Part shown: one piece after another, positions 10,800 to 24,665 of the stretch
Layout of the letters: every line of letters begins with the position of its first letter
Numbering within the stretch: the stretch's first letter is position 1
Notes under the pieces: model-generated
Databases searched by the model: none
What the model saw: the letters and a program-made list of their open reading frames with translations, nothing else
Told to the model about the DNA's origin: nothing
Position numbers and translations under genes: made by a program
NCBI GenBank assembly: GCA_950097015.1
Contig: CATNEN010000008.1
Coordinates: 186,001-250,000 of the forward strand
Source: Macrostomum hystrix
Lineage: Eukaryota; Animalia; Platyhelminthes
Length of the DNA stretch: 64,000 nucleotides
Direction of reading: 5' to 3'

Positions 10800-11330
10800 G
10801 AATACCCCACCAATATCCTCAGTCGACAGGCAACGCTCGGTGTCTGCTATTATAGAGCAAGGGGCAACACTAAATGCCGCAGCAGCCATCCTGCAAGAGC
10901 CGATTGCAACTGCGTATAGAATTATGCGAGCATGTACGCAGGAAGGAAGGATTCAGGCGCTACCAAGAGGTGCATGGTAAAAAGAAGAGCAAATGCAAAG
11001 TGGACGAGGAGATGAAGGCCAGCCTTCAGAACAAGCTGGAGCAAAACCCGCTTTCCACCTTAAGTGACCTGCGCCGACTGCAACTAACACTGATGAAAAC
11101 CTGCAGGCCCGGAGAGAGTACGCGGATTTTATGCTACATCTGGATCCTGCAGTTCACATTGTCTACCTTGATGAGACGGGATTCAACCTTTGGCTCAGGC
11201 GCTCCCAAGGCCGCTCAATCAAGGGACAGCCAGTGAGGCGAATCGTAACCACTCAAAGGGGCCTAGCATCACCGTCTGCATGGCCATCTCTGCCGATTTT
11301 GGGCTCGTCCACTCAACTGCTTGATGGTTA
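10800..11330 (+). pseudogene. Decayed IS630/Tc1-mariner (DDE_3-type) transposase fragment, copy A
   Basis: Frameshifted pieces: HTH (SVDRQRSVSAIIEQGATLNAAAAIL...TAYRIM...GRIQALPRG), KVDEEMKASLQNKLEQNPLSTL, and HIVYLDETGFNLWLRRSQGRSIKGQ...QRG then (+frameshift) SITVCMAIS. Flanked by inverted subterminal ACATTCAAAACGAGAA-like motifs. Confidence 0.8.
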
Positions 11331-12249
11331 GATAGTTTTGCCTTCCTAATTCTCGTTTTGATTGCCGCTTTCTCATTTTGAATGTCCTTAACTCTATGGC
11401 CGAATAGCTGAGACCACAGACATTGTCGTTCTGAATGTCCAAATTATGATTTAGATTGACGAAACCGATACTTATAGCAACAACATCGAAGAGAAGAGGC
11501 CAAGAGAAAATGAGAAAGGAGAGGGATGAGTCGGGGAGAGATTAGACAATGAAAAGATGAGACCGAGAAGAGACGAGACACAGGAGAGGATAAGAGAGGA
11601 GACACTGTTCTTATTAGTAGTTCTAGATACTTTATGCGAGGTAGTTAATAACATGAACAAATAAAACAACTTTTCATGTTATTCTTACGGTGTAACGTAA
11701 TGTATTTAGACGAAACGATATTATTGATTTTAATGACCTCCTTGTTTATTTCAGACAACTTTATAATAAGTTGGTGAAAAAAATGGTGCCCGCTGTTTTA
11801 TATTTGAAATTTCAGCTGTTATTTAGTATAAACAAAAAATTGAACGAAAAAACATCTATGTAAAAAGTTAATTTAATACAGCAACTGTAACAGGACCCTG
11901 AAGATGATAAAAGCGATCATTAGTACATCGATTTTAAATAGTTAAGTATGTAAAAAATATCTGAATAAAGCAAATGTCAAGCTAGTAGCTTGATATATTG
12001 TAAATTTTTTTAGTAAAATCCAATCAAATATGGACTGAAGTAAAGTTAGAAGCAAAAAACAACTTGAAATTAAACGGGTGCCACCAAAAAATAATCACAA
12101 CTTGACAATTCGAATCAGATCTTTGTGACATAATTCTGAGAATAAGCTACTGATAATACTACTTGTTAGTAGCGTCGATTATAAGAGACGGCAGAGATAT
12201 TCGTAAGAGAAAAAACGGGCAAAAGGAGGACAAAATACTTTTACGGAAA

Positions 12250-12306
12250 AATTAACTCTGATATCTCGATTAGGAATTTAAAAAACTGAGATCATTAAAC
12301 TTGATT
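12250..12306 (+). other. Hairpin whose 3' arm resembles bantam miRNA; alternatively a bantam target site on the minus strand
   Basis: TGAGATCATTAAACTTGATT at 12287-12306 pairs by eye (17 of 19 positions incl. G:U, one bulge) with 12250-12268 around an 18-nt loop. Confidence 0.3.
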
Positions 12307-12509
12307 TCTAAGAAATACAGGCTACAACAGGAATGTATAAGCAGATGGCGCATAGGCCATGATGGCGATGGCGATGGCGCAGTAGCGGGGAATGCAAGCA
12401 GAATAAGTGAAAAATTGCTGACCACTCAATTCAAAGCTACACAGAATAAGGAGCTTTTCTAGTACTAATATACGCTCGCAGCATAATTCCCGACTATCCT
12501 TTAGCTGCT

Positions 12510-12770
12510 GATGTGCTCAAAATTTCATGCCTTAGGAAGCTTAAAGAGCATTCGAAATCTTATACCTTATAATCGGCATTAATGCACAAAATCTCATCCC
12601 TCATTATCGAAATTCGTGCTCAAAATCTCATCGCTCAGCATCTGCATTCATGCTCAAAATTTCATCATTAAGAATCTGCATGTACTGAAAATCTCATATC
12701 TTTGAATCAAGCGTATATGCTCAAAATCGTATCCCTAAGCTGCAGATGTTCTCAAATTTTCATTCCAAAT
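12510..12770. repeat. Degenerate ~30-35-bp tandem repeat
   Basis: Recurring TGCTCAAAAT(T/C)TCAT core ~8 times. Confidence 0.55.
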
Positions 12771-12868
12771 AAGCGGAGGGTTCGATTAGTTTTTTGTACA
12801 AGTGCAATTTTACAACCGACAAACGCCAAAGCAACAGAGACTAAATCTGGGAAATATCGCCTGTACCC

Positions 12869-15800
12869 CTACAGGCTAGTCTCGTACACAAGATTAGCCG
12901 CCGATAAATATACCGGCAGCCGATTGCGCTTCTGACGACGACGTCGGCGGCGCCTCTGAGGCCACAGAGTCGATGAAGTGTCGACATTCGCAGTGCCCTC
13001 AGCGTCGTCGTCTTCTAGCGGCCCGGGAATGGGCATCGAGCGAGCCCGGCGCTGCAGCTGCTGCGAAGCGCTTTCGCTCTTGTTGCGCTCTCTTGGATGA
13101 TAATAGGACTGCTGATGATAGTAACTATAATCTTCATCGTAGTCGTAAAATTCGTCATCGTCCTGACCGACTTCTTCGATTTCGCCTTCGTCCGTGTCCT
13201 CAGCGTAGCGCACGTAGCTTCTTGATCGTCGCGTTGGAGATGGTGTGTCACGACGGCGCCGGATAGAGAGCGCCAACGCCAGGTAGGATGGCTCACGCAG
13301 CAGGGACAGGGCAGACGAACTGTGCCGATAGTAGGACCCACCACCTAGCTTGTGCCGTCGGCGACGAACCCGACGACGATGACGCTGCTGCTGTTGTTTG
13401 GTGTCGACGCGCTTAGTAAAGAAGCCGGCAGTCATAGTGTGTCGCAGATCGTCCATGGATGCTGACGGTTGATTAGATGACAGAGCGGCCGCTGCAGGCT
13501 TCAGGCTCAGGTAGGGATTCGATCGGGCCGTGTAAGCGGTCGGTTGCGGCAGCTGGCGTCGGTTCAGACAGGCCAGGAGGAATTCGATTGCGCCGGTACC
13601 GAACGGGTCGGTTGGCGGCAGAGGCTGCGGCAGCGAGTGAGAAGTGTCCTCAGCTGCAGCTAACGGCAATTTCGGATTGCTGGCGGCTTCCGTCATCGAA
13701 CTCCTGTTCGCCGCTAGATTCGCTTCCTTCATCTCCAGGCGTGTCATTTTCTGAGTCTGAAAGACAAAAAATGGAGCTATGCGTAGATTAAATCAATCGA
13801 CCTTAATTTACTATACCAGTTATTACATCACATAAAATTAAATTTACCTTCCGAAGATGCCCAACGAGGATTGTTCACAATTCGAACAAAACCAGTTGGC
13901 GAAGGCGAAGGCGAAGGCGACGGCGACTGAGACGACAGCGGCGTGATTGCAGCACCAATGGCTGATGAGCCAGCCTCATCATCCGCACCAATATAGGCGC
14001 CACTTTTCTCACTTTCGACGCCCGACTCAGGCAGGGAAAATGCCTCCGTTTCTTGACGCTGATAGCCTGGCAGCTGCGGTGTATTATCAGACTCAAACGA
14101 CGTCTGAGATTCCGAGTTATGTTTGGGTGAACTTGAAACTGGCAAAGATGGCGAAGGTGGCTCTTTTGTCGATTTTGATGATTGCATAGACAATGATGAC
14201 CTTGCGGATAAAAACGAATCTTTTGGCGATGTTGACGAAGGCTTTGACAGTGGAGGAGACGATAATGGTGGCTTGGCGGTCTTCTTTTCACGCAGACGGC
14301 TGTTTTTACGTTGACTGAATTTGGACTTGCGAACTTCTTGAGGCGAACTGACTGCAGCAGTCTCTGGCGAAGCCGACGGTGGCAAGCTAGTGGACATATG
14401 ACTGCATAGACGCTGAGGCCTTACTAGTGTCAATGAGGCAGCTTCAACACAACCTATTTTTACGGCCAATACATCCTGGCAGCCGGTATCTCTCACACCG
14501 CTTTGCTTTGCTACAATTGCTGAAGTTCTGAAAGCAACTAGCTGCGGCTGTGCGAACGCAGTTGTGAAAGGATCATTAAGACTACTGGCTGTGCCTGGTG
14601 CTCGATGCAGAGAAGGCTGCTGTTGTTGTGGTTCGACTTCAGTCAGAAAAGTTTCATTCAAACGGTCAGTGCATGATTTTAACATTCGACTAGCGTACTC
14701 TGAGAAGCTCAGCGTTGGAATGTTGTCCTCTATGGGCACAATTGGTTCGACTGATAACGGGATCTCACTCTTTTTGTTATTGTTATATGGTATCGACGTC
14801 TTGGCTTTCGGCTTCTTTGTTCTAAATGACGACTTTATGGTTCGCTGGCTACCACGCTCTGTTGCTGGTTTTTCGATTTCTCGTTCCTTGTCTGTACTTG
14901 TAAGAGTTAATGGCGCGTCACTAGCTATGAGCTCCTTTGAATCGGGCAAAGAAGTCATCTTCTGTACTTGTTCAGTGGCTGCTAACCGACTAGTAGCAAT
15001 ACTATCCATGATGCGCTTTCTACCACTGAAGCTGCGAGATTTCGGTTTAAGCACATCAACCTTTGGTAACTGCGCTTGTTTTACGCTTTTAGAATCTGGT
15101 ACCTTTCTTCTAATGCTGCTGTGAGAATAGACACTACGTGCTGTGGCTGATCGTTGGAGATTCTCTGTGTCTTTAACCAGCAAATTTTTACTAGTGGAAT
15201 CGCTGACCAGTTTTCGACTATGAAGAGAAGCAGACGAGGTCATAGAAAAGCTTTCTTCTGCGTATTCGCTACTAGACCCGGAGTCAGACTGCGAGCCAAC
15301 GCTAGAGCAAGCCAGGTCTTTATCTACTAGCTTTGAAACTGCAGGAGTAACTGGCTTGACCAGCACAGGTGGCTCCTTAGACAAATCAGAGTGACGCCCA
15401 ACGATGATTACCCCAGACTTATAGGCTTCCGTTTTCTGTGCGCTCATATTCTCTGGCCGAGGTGTCACTTCTTCGGAAATGGTTTCAAGCGCCTTGCTTG
15501 GTTGACTGGGAAAAACTGACTGCGGCTCTTCGTCATAGGCGTGTAACTCCTCATCGATATCCATATCGCTATCTGAAGTTGATGAGCTCGAACTGCTAGC
15601 TGTCCGCTGCTTGGCTGCAGCAGGATAAGGGCGGACCGAAGATGGCAAGCTCGAGGAGCTAAAGTTTTCACCATTGTTGCCCGGCTCAATATTTTGCTGT
15701 TTAGAGCCCGATTCACCTGCAGAGATTCGAAGCGCTCGATCTTCTTGTCCACGATGCTCGGGTATAGACAATGTGGTAGCAGTAGAAACTTGAGGACTAG

Positions 15801-18800
15801 CCCGAACTGCCGATGTAGATGCACGGCTAAATTTGCCATCATCTGCTTCTTGGCTGCCCTTCAACACGGAAATTTCCATTTCAATATTCAGATTTAAGCG
15901 TCCATGCTCAGAAGCTACATTAAGTAAAATGTCCGGCCGCAAATAAACGGACGACGGCAAACTAGGACTTAATTGCTCTGCCTCAGTCGACACGTCACAT
16001 TCTTTAAGCTTATCTTCGATGCAGGTTGTTGCGGGCAGCTGCAACGTCAGGTCCTCTTGGCCCCGCGGCTCCTGAGGTCCTTGATCTATGGCGGATGGTG
16101 CTAAACCAACTGAAACGGAGAGTGTGTCTAAAAGCGTAGGATAAAAAAGTTCCGAAACTGACAAGCCAGGACTAAACTGCTGCTCCTCAACCGTCTCCGA
16201 GTCAATCAGCTTTGAAATCTCGCCTTTGATTACTGGCTCGCCGACCGCAGCAGGCAGAAGCAGTATCAGATCTTCTTGTCCGCGATGTTCTGACGAAGAA
16301 ACCGAAAGGGTATCTCCATTTTTTAAGTGAGGAGGAGCCGAAACTGCTGGCAATTTAGGTCTAACGTGCTGTTTCTGAAACGACTGGTTTGTACTTGCAA
16401 CGGAAGCAATTTTTTCTTCCATATTTCCGATACTTCTTTCTACCGATCCTGATGCATTCATGGCCGCATCTTCTTGCTTGCAGTTTTTTGAAATAGTAGG
16501 ACAAATAAGTGTCACCGATGGTAACAAGCTGGGACTCAACTGTTCACTCTTAACAATTGAGTTATCATTGGCTGTGGAAGTCTCCCCCTCAATTATGTGA
16601 TCTCCAGTTAAGTTAGCTGGTAAAAGCAATGTTAAATCCTCTTGTCCTCGGTGTTCGCTTGAAGTGTTAGAAATTGAGTCCTCTTCAGCAGCAATAGGGC
16701 ACGCCAAACTAGAAGTCAAAGCGCTTGACTGGACTTGTTCTTTCTCAGCCGACTTTTGGCTAGTCCTTATAAACAGATCTTCACTTTCAATATTCATTCG
16801 ATTGCGGCTAAGATGCTCCATTTTGTCAACCTTTCCTTCGCTCTCTGCATTAAGCTGCCGCTGGTAAACAAATCGCTCTTGTAACTCAGCGTCTACGTCA
16901 AGATAAAACTGACCAGGAGCTGGCTGCATAGCGTGTTGTTTAATGTGCGCCTCATGCAGCTGAGCTGCTTGCGTCACCGCGCCTGTGTCCTGCATCTCCT
17001 GGTAGGAGCGCCTTTCTTCAACTGTCCGTGAACTGTAACGGGGCGTGGAGTTTTCGAATTGCCTGGCGCGCTGGCGCACAATCGCACCGTAGCCTTCACT
17101 GCTGCCACCATCAACCTGCTCGACTGAGGGAGCAGTATATGCAGTGAGCTCGGCAATATTTGTTATTTTTGAGGCAGCAGACGGAGTAACTATTCGATCA
17201 GTTTCTCTAACTACCCGAGTATAGAATGGTGCCGTCTCACCATTTGCCGAAACCAAATTCAACTGCTCCAATAAAAAAGCTTCAGAAGAAATCATCTCGG
17301 TGGCATCGACCTCCGGCTCCATCAGTGGAGCTTCATAAGAAATCATATCTGTGGCATCGACCTCTGGCTTCACCAGTGGAGTTTCAGAAGGAATCATCTT
17401 GGTGGCATCGACCTCCGGCTTCACCAGTGAAGGGTCAGAAGAAATCATCTCTGTTGTATAGAACTCCGGCTCAACCAATGGAGCATAAGAAGGAATCATC
17501 TCGGTGGCATCGACCTCCGGCTCCACCAGTGGAGCTTCAGAAGGAACCATCTCTGTGGCATCGTCTTCCGGCTCCACCAATGGAGCTTCAGAAGGAATCG
17601 TGTCAGCCGCAATGTCCGGATCCACCCCTGAAGCTTCCGTTTGAATCGTGTCCGTGGCATTGTCCTCCTGCTCCACAACTGGAGCTTCAGAAGGAACCAT
17701 CTCTGTGGCATCGTCTTCCGGCTCCACCAATGGAGCTTCAGAAGGAATCGTGTCAGCGGCAATGTCCGGCTCCACCCATGAAGCTTCCGTTTGAATCGTG
17801 TCCGTGGCATTGTCCTCCTGCTCCACAACTGGAGCTTCAGAAGGAACCATCACTGTGGCATCGTCTTCCGGCTCCACCAATGGAGCTTCAGAAGGAATCG
17901 TGTCAGCGGCATCGTCCGGCTCCACCCCTGAAGCTTCTGTTTGAATCATGTCTGTGGCATTGTCCTCCTGCTCCACCACTGGAGCTTCAGATAAAGTCAT
18001 CGCTGCGACACTATCAACCTGCTCTATCAACGGGACACCAGAAGGGGTCTCTGAAGCCAGATCAGCTGTGTGAACCTGCTCAACAGCAGGGGCATCAGGT
18101 AAATTTTTTTCTGTAGCTTGATCCATCCGCTCAAATATGACATCGGTAACACTGTTCTCTGCAGTACTTTTAACCTGCTCGACAGATGCATCGGACGTAG
18201 TGACCTCAGCTACACTAGCCCGAGACAATGATGGACGGCGAGCGTAAATCGCAGTAGAAAACGAAGCGTCTAAATTTGTATCGACTGTGTCGCGTACCAT
18301 CGCAGAGTTAGAATTACTTTCGAAGCTGTCCATGCTAAGAGTCTCTGCCCGAGATAATCGCCTAAGTTGTTCCTGGTGGTTCTGATGCTGATTTTGATTC
18401 AAATTTTGGTGATGCTGTTTCCTAGAATTTTGAGGTTCATCGACCAAAGCACAAAACGAGAATGCTGGAGGCGTTGCGAATTTTTTAATTCGGCGCGGAT
18501 GCCGACCCGTCAGTATATCGTCGTGATCGTTGTCTTCCGCATCACTAACTAATTGACTTTCGTCGCTGAGTACCTCGAGGTAAACACGGTCTGACATTGA
18601 CAATTTCCTTGAGACCCGACTAATTGAACTATAAACAGATGAGTGAGAGTCGTAGCCAAGACTTGAGCTAGAAGGTTGTGACAATTTGCAGGTGCTTGTG
18701 GAAACCTTTTCTACAACCATAGCTGCCGCCGCCGCTACCAAGTTCGAATCCGACTCCGTCAGTTGACTAGACCGCTCCGACGACGATGCGAGGGTGCGAC

Positions 18801-20783
18801 GCCTAGACCGAGTCTCTGTGACTGCCAAATGATCAAGCGACGCCGACATAACGCGTGCATGCTCGCCAACGTTGCCAACCGCAAAGTCTCCAATTTTGAC
18901 GCCGCTGTTACCCACGACAGGGCGGCCTACAGCTGGATCAGGCAGTTTAGAGTCACAAGTGTCACACCTATATGAGGCGTCAATATCAGCTAGGATTCTT
19001 TTAACGAGGGCTTCTCCATCGCCATCTTCTTCGTCGCGCTTTTTGGCACCACTCTCGCTGTACATTGACTGGTACTCAAACGAGCGCGGCAGGCCTACCT
19101 CTGAGGCAAGGCTGGTGTCAACAACGCGTGACCCAGTTTGAGCTTCAAGCACGTTGGCATTTAACTCCGTAGACTCGTGTTGATGCAGCGAGCCAGACCG
19201 ACGGGAACCTAGCAGCATCATACACAACTGGTCGTCATGGTAACCATTGCTAGACAGCATTAGGCCAGCCCATCGATTTTCTTTAGCCAGATCAGCAACA
19301 GTTACGTTTGTACTAGACTTAACATGGGCCTCGTTGTCAGCTGGCAATGCTTGTGATAGCGTAACAATGACCTCTAACTCGGGATCTGTGCTGTGATACA
19401 CTTCGCGATGCGTCACGGCCACAATGGTAGCATTAGGCAGCTGGAAGCTCGACCGATAAGTATGCTCAACTCGACGGCGTACAATGCCCAATGAAGATAC
19501 CTCCTCCTGGCGGCGTACTTTTGCGCCGCCTTCTCGCCTGCGACGCAGTATGGCCTCCTTGAGCAGCAAGCCGCCTCTGCTGCCAGATGCAGCGCCGCTT
19601 AGTTGCGCATACTCGTCCAGGTTCAAGCTCGATTCGAATTCAAGCGTCTCCGAACGGACCAACGACTTGGATTCGTTTGGCTTCGCCTTTGAGTCCACCT
19701 CTGCAATGTCGCTGAAGGTTAAATGGCGTCGATCATCAACGACTTCGATGGTAGATGATTGTGTGGCCATGCTCGCCTCAACAAAGTGCTCGTCTAGTGG
19801 TTTCAAAGGAAAGGAAAAAGGAAGTTCGAGTTGAATAGTCGAATAGATACTTATAGTACAGAATTCTGCACTAAAGCTTCAATGCAGAATATGTAAATCA
19901 TTATAGACAGACATTTTCTCTCCTTAGAAGCTGAGCTCAGTGGAAATTTCACTATATAGTTATTAACATATCCAACCAAGAAAATATAAAAATGACCTGT
20001 ATGCATGCTTAGAAAGCACATTTGCAAACCTACTTAAGAAAGGAAGCTCAGCTAGTAAGGCCTCACGGCAAATGACACAGCAAAAGACTATTGTGCCACT
20101 GTGAGCAACGGAAATATTTGCTCCGAATAGAAATGCGCTTTCAACTAGTTGGTATATTCGACATTGGGCTTTTCAAACCTGAGCAACAGTAAGTTTGTAC
20201 TTCGCCTTTGCATACCATGTATAGCTAGTTCCTGGCTATACATGGTTTCGACTAATTAATTTGGTCGTGAAATTATAGACTGCAGGCTTTTACCAGCCAG
20301 GGGAGAACTTAGTGGTCATGTAGCGATACACAGTGTGCATACCAATGCTGTCAATGGCTGGTTCCGTGTCTAGTGGCGCTTGCTCAGGTGTCAAAGCGAC
20401 AGTCCGCGCTGTGGGCCGAGAGTCTTCCATGTGGCGCTGACGAGCCTAAAATATTTGTTTTCTCATGTATAATAAAAACCTCGCTTAGTGGCCATGCAAG
20501 CTGCATAATGCAAAACGCGAATGCATTCCCTGTCACGACCTTGCGCTAGTGTTGGTTTACCAATTATGCAACATTCCATTCTAGGTGTGCGCGAACAGAA
20601 TGAAAAGAATGCACAAAATTGAAAATAAAACTGTTTGGTTTAAGCCAAATGAAGCAAGTCTTTAGAAACGTTTTATTGCTTTCATGTCATCAAAATACCG
20701 CAGACGCAGATGCACCCTCTACAATCCTATTCACAAGGGTGGGAAGGAGAGTAAACAATTGCTTGTCCTCTGACTTGACAAAC
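12869..20783 (-). CDS. Large, mostly disordered Ser/Glu/Pro-rich protein (>2000 aa) with internal repeats; 5' end unresolved
   Basis: Phase-compatible exon chain: 20783-20699 (phase 2 to 0), 20445-20343 (0 to 1), giant exon 19793-13848 (5946 bp, no stop, 1 to 1), then a terminal exon from acceptor 13756 or 13776 to stop 13650 or 12869. No family recognised. Confidence 0.75.
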
Positions 20784-23584
20784 CTGCCAGAAACAAGACA
20801 CAAGAAAATACGAGCGTCAACAGATACTTGCTTTCTGGCAAAGCTATTTTTAGAATGTCTATGCCAAGAAAAAGACACAAAAAACTTGCAATCCCTGTCT
20901 ACATCTTTGAGTCACATAATTCAACTTCAACTAATTGTCTGTACAATTAGCCACATTGACACACCCAACTCAACCTAAACCGAACATTTATTGTCTTTAA
21001 CGATCATGCCTGAGAACTCACAGTGACAAACTGGGTCAAACAAATTTAAGACATAAATTCAAATTTACCAATGTGATCATTTTTAGGTTTATTGTGTTTA
21101 TGGTAAATATTCTGATTGAAAGTCAGAAGCGTATCTGTTTCAATATTATTGCAGTTTTTTAATTTGCATTTCCTTCCATTGGCTCCAACATTGTAAAATG
21201 TAAATCAGCGAAATGAAAAACTGAAGATATAAATAATTGTAAAACTGGAGTCAATGGAGACCTCTTCCATTCGTTTCTCATCTCTCCTAAGAAACATTTC
21301 ATCGGAGTAGTTAATAACCTCTGAGCTAACTTTAAAATTTAACTATTCTGTCTAATACATTTGTAATAAAGAACTCACAAATCACAAGGTCACAACCAGA
21401 TCTCGGGAAGCAGAGGAAAAAACAATCAAAAATGGAACCAGTTGTCCTAAGGATACTGAGTTCCAACCAAGTTGCCCACTGTTATCAAATAAAGTTTAAA
21501 GAATTTTAAATGTCAGTTTCCCAAAATTGCATCAATGTTACTATATTTTCTATAGTAAAAGCAATTTTCTCTGAATGGCATCTGTTATTTTATTAAATAC
21601 ACTTACATGAATATTCCTGAAATCAACAGGTTTGAAAGTGCAAAATAGCTTGTAGAATGAAATCATATATTATATACACATAGGAGCATACATACATATT
21701 ATTTTGTTTGCACTTGCCTTTACACTTTCAAAAATAAATTTCAAGCGTGATTAATAACACTTCCAGATAAAAAATAAATTAGAAAGCAATAGCTTTGAAG
21801 CAAAAATACAAAATTAAAGAATGAAATTGTGCATTTATAATTTGTTTTAATTATAGAAAAATTATTATAAAAAATCATACATAATACATTTAGATCAGAC
21901 TGATTTCTGTCAACTTGACAAACTTTAAATATATATAATTAATGAGTGCTACAGAAATTACTTAATACTTACATACTTTCTATACTGTTGCAAAGACACA
22001 ACAAGTATAATTATTAAGAGAGCTACAGCCTGTGATAGCCTATTTGTGAATAGAAAATAGACCTTCTTTAAATAATTCAAAGTGAGAAATGAGATAATGA
22101 AATAACAATTTTCTCAAAAACCATACCTTCAGAAAGGTAGTGTCTTCAGTCATTCCATTATCAGTCATTATAAGCTTATGTTGACCATTGTCTGAAAAAC
22201 AAATGGATTTTTTCGTTAAAAGTACAAATATCAAAGATATAAGTGATTTTTCATTATATTTTATATTACAACTTCAATTGCTTAGATACAGATGTACAAT
22301 TAGAATATGAAACATATTTATTGTTTTAAATAGACAGATATCGGCACTAATTTGCTATTGATTAGCTGGTGAGAACTTAAAAAATGACTATTGTTAGTAT
22401 TGTACTCCCTTAGTAGCAGCATTTGGAAATTTATTATAAAAACTAAGGGCCTATTTATTAATAAATGCTTTGTGTGATTCAGAAAGCATTGTAATTAATA
22501 TATCTATAATGATGACAAGACAGTCTGCATAACATTAGTTAGCTATATCAATGACAGTATATATTTGCACTCTTTAGTTTTTAATTTTTCTATAAAGAAA
22601 GAAAAATCTGTGGCTTTGTCTCTTGTTGTTTAGTAAAGATTTGGTCAATAAGTACTAGGACATTCTTGTACTGCATTTCTAAAGCCATAGGAGGCTTTCA
22701 TGTGAAGTGAAACTCAATAAATAAAGTAAAAGAGTGAACTTGTGAATATCAACATGTAAGAACAAAGAAAATCTGTAGCAATTAAAAAGTTTATTCTATC
22801 ACTATAAAAAAGTCAGAGACTAAAGGTTATGTCCCTTGTAAAATATAATAAACGATAAACGCCAACCTTATGAAAAGTGAATATATGTGGCAGCTAGTTT
22901 TTAACACTTATAGGTTAAGATAAAAAAATTGATGTGTATATACCAAAAAGTTAGTGATATATGTAGTACAGCACAATATAGCATTATACTGTTTCAGCCT
23001 TAATTACAAAAGTAGCACCGAAAAGTTCCACTAACTGATTTAAAATACTGAGTAATATACGTGGTAATGCAAGATAAAGAAAATGAAAAGTGTGATGACG
23101 GTTCTGTCAATAGATTGAAAAAAGTTGAATTCTAGATCCGCAAACTAAATATTCAAATTTAGCGCTCGTAGTTTTCAATCATGTATCTTAACAAATTTTC
23201 AATCGTTTTGATGCTCAGAAATAAAAATAATACGACTTGAAGACACCAAATGATTCTTTCAATAGCCTAGATTTATTCGTTGCGCAATGTTATTTTAATA
23301 AAAATGACTCATTTGTCCCTGTAAATACTCAGTCGTGAATTCCTACTCCCCGGCCCTGTCTTTTGCGTACGCGCGGGCTTGCGTTGCCTGTGAAGCTGAA
23401 TCTGTGTCAACAATGGCTCATATATATATTATTTTTATCTATGGCTTTTGTATGCTATAGGAGGCTTTCAGATAAAGAGGAATCACTGCATTTCGCGTGA
23501 TTGTGCTGAAAATAGATGTCAATGTGATTATACATTTATTGCAAGCGTCAATATAGATAGAAACAGACTGATGCATAACTGCTT

Positions 23585-24665
23585 TCTACCCACTGCTCCT
23601 CTACCCACTGCTCCTCTACCCACTGCTCCTCTACCTGCACTGCTCCTCTACCCACTGCTCCTCTACCCACTGCTCCTCTACCCACTGCTCCTCTACCCAC
23701 TGTTCCTCTACCCACTGCTCCTCTACCTACTGCTCCTCTACCCACTCCTCCTCCACCCACTGCTCCTCTACCCACTGCTCCTCTACCCACTGCTCCTCTA
23801 CCCACTCCTCCTCCACCCACTGCTCCTCTACCCACTGCTCCTCTACCCACTGCTCCTCTACCCACTGCTCCTCTACCCACTGCTCCTCTACCCACTCCTC
23901 CTCCACCCACTGTTCCTCTACCCACTGCTCCTCTACCCACTGCTCCTCTACCCACTGCTCCTCTACCCACTGCTCCTCTACCCACTGCTCCTCTACCCAC
24001 TCCTCCTCCACCCACTGCTCCTCTACCCACTGCTCCTCTACCCACTGCTCCTCTACCCACTGCTCCTCTACCCACTCCTCCTCTACCCACTGCTCCTCTA
24101 CCCACCCTTCTCTACCCACTCCTCCTCTACCCACTGCTCCTCTACCCACTGGATCCTCTACCCACTGCTCCTCTACCCACTGCTCCTCTACCCACTGCTC
24201 CTCTACCCACTGCTCCTCTACCCACTGCTACTCTACCCACTCCTCCTCTACCTGCACTGCTCCTCTACCCACTGCTCCTCTACCCACTCCTCCTCCACCC
24301 ACTGCTCCTCTACCCACTCCTCCTCTACCCACTGCTCCTCTACCCACCCTTCTCTACCCACTCCTCCTCTACCCACTGCTCCTCTACCCACTGCTCCTCT
24401 ACCCACTGCTCCTCTACCTGCACTGCTCCTCTACCCACTGCTCCTCTACCCACTGCTCCTCTACCCACTCCTCCTCTACCCACTCCTCCTCTACCCACTG
24501 CTCCTCTACCCACTGCTCCTCTACCCACTGCTCCTCTACCCACTGCTCCTCTACCCACTGCTCCTCTACCTGCACTGCTCCTCTACCCACTGCTCCTCTA
24601 CCCACTCCTCCTCCACCCACTGCTCCTCTAACCACTGCTCCTCTACCCTGCACTGCTCCTCTCTA
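23585..24665. repeat. 15-bp minisatellite (CCCACTGCTCCTCTA)n, ~70 copies
   Basis: Same unit as 5190-5540; it generates the spurious LLYP ORF 23448..24770. Confidence 0.97.

Larger units (their letters stand above)
5837..11589 (+). repeat. Copy A of an inverted segmental duplication (core ~2.6 kb plus P-element insertion)
   Basis: 5837-6016 and 9229-11589 are the reverse complement of 29468-32027 and 33396-33412. Near-identical ORFs confirm this: 9952..10194 vs 30910..31152, 10874..11236 vs 29819..30181, 11131..11331 vs 29724..29924. Only ~10500-10620 differs between copies. Confidence 0.95.

Noticed and set aside
21050-23200. Further AT-rich, hydrophobic exons of the large minus-strand gene
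   Set aside because: Several AG...GT-bounded segments exist (e.g. ~22135-22199), but I could not chain them in consistent phase.
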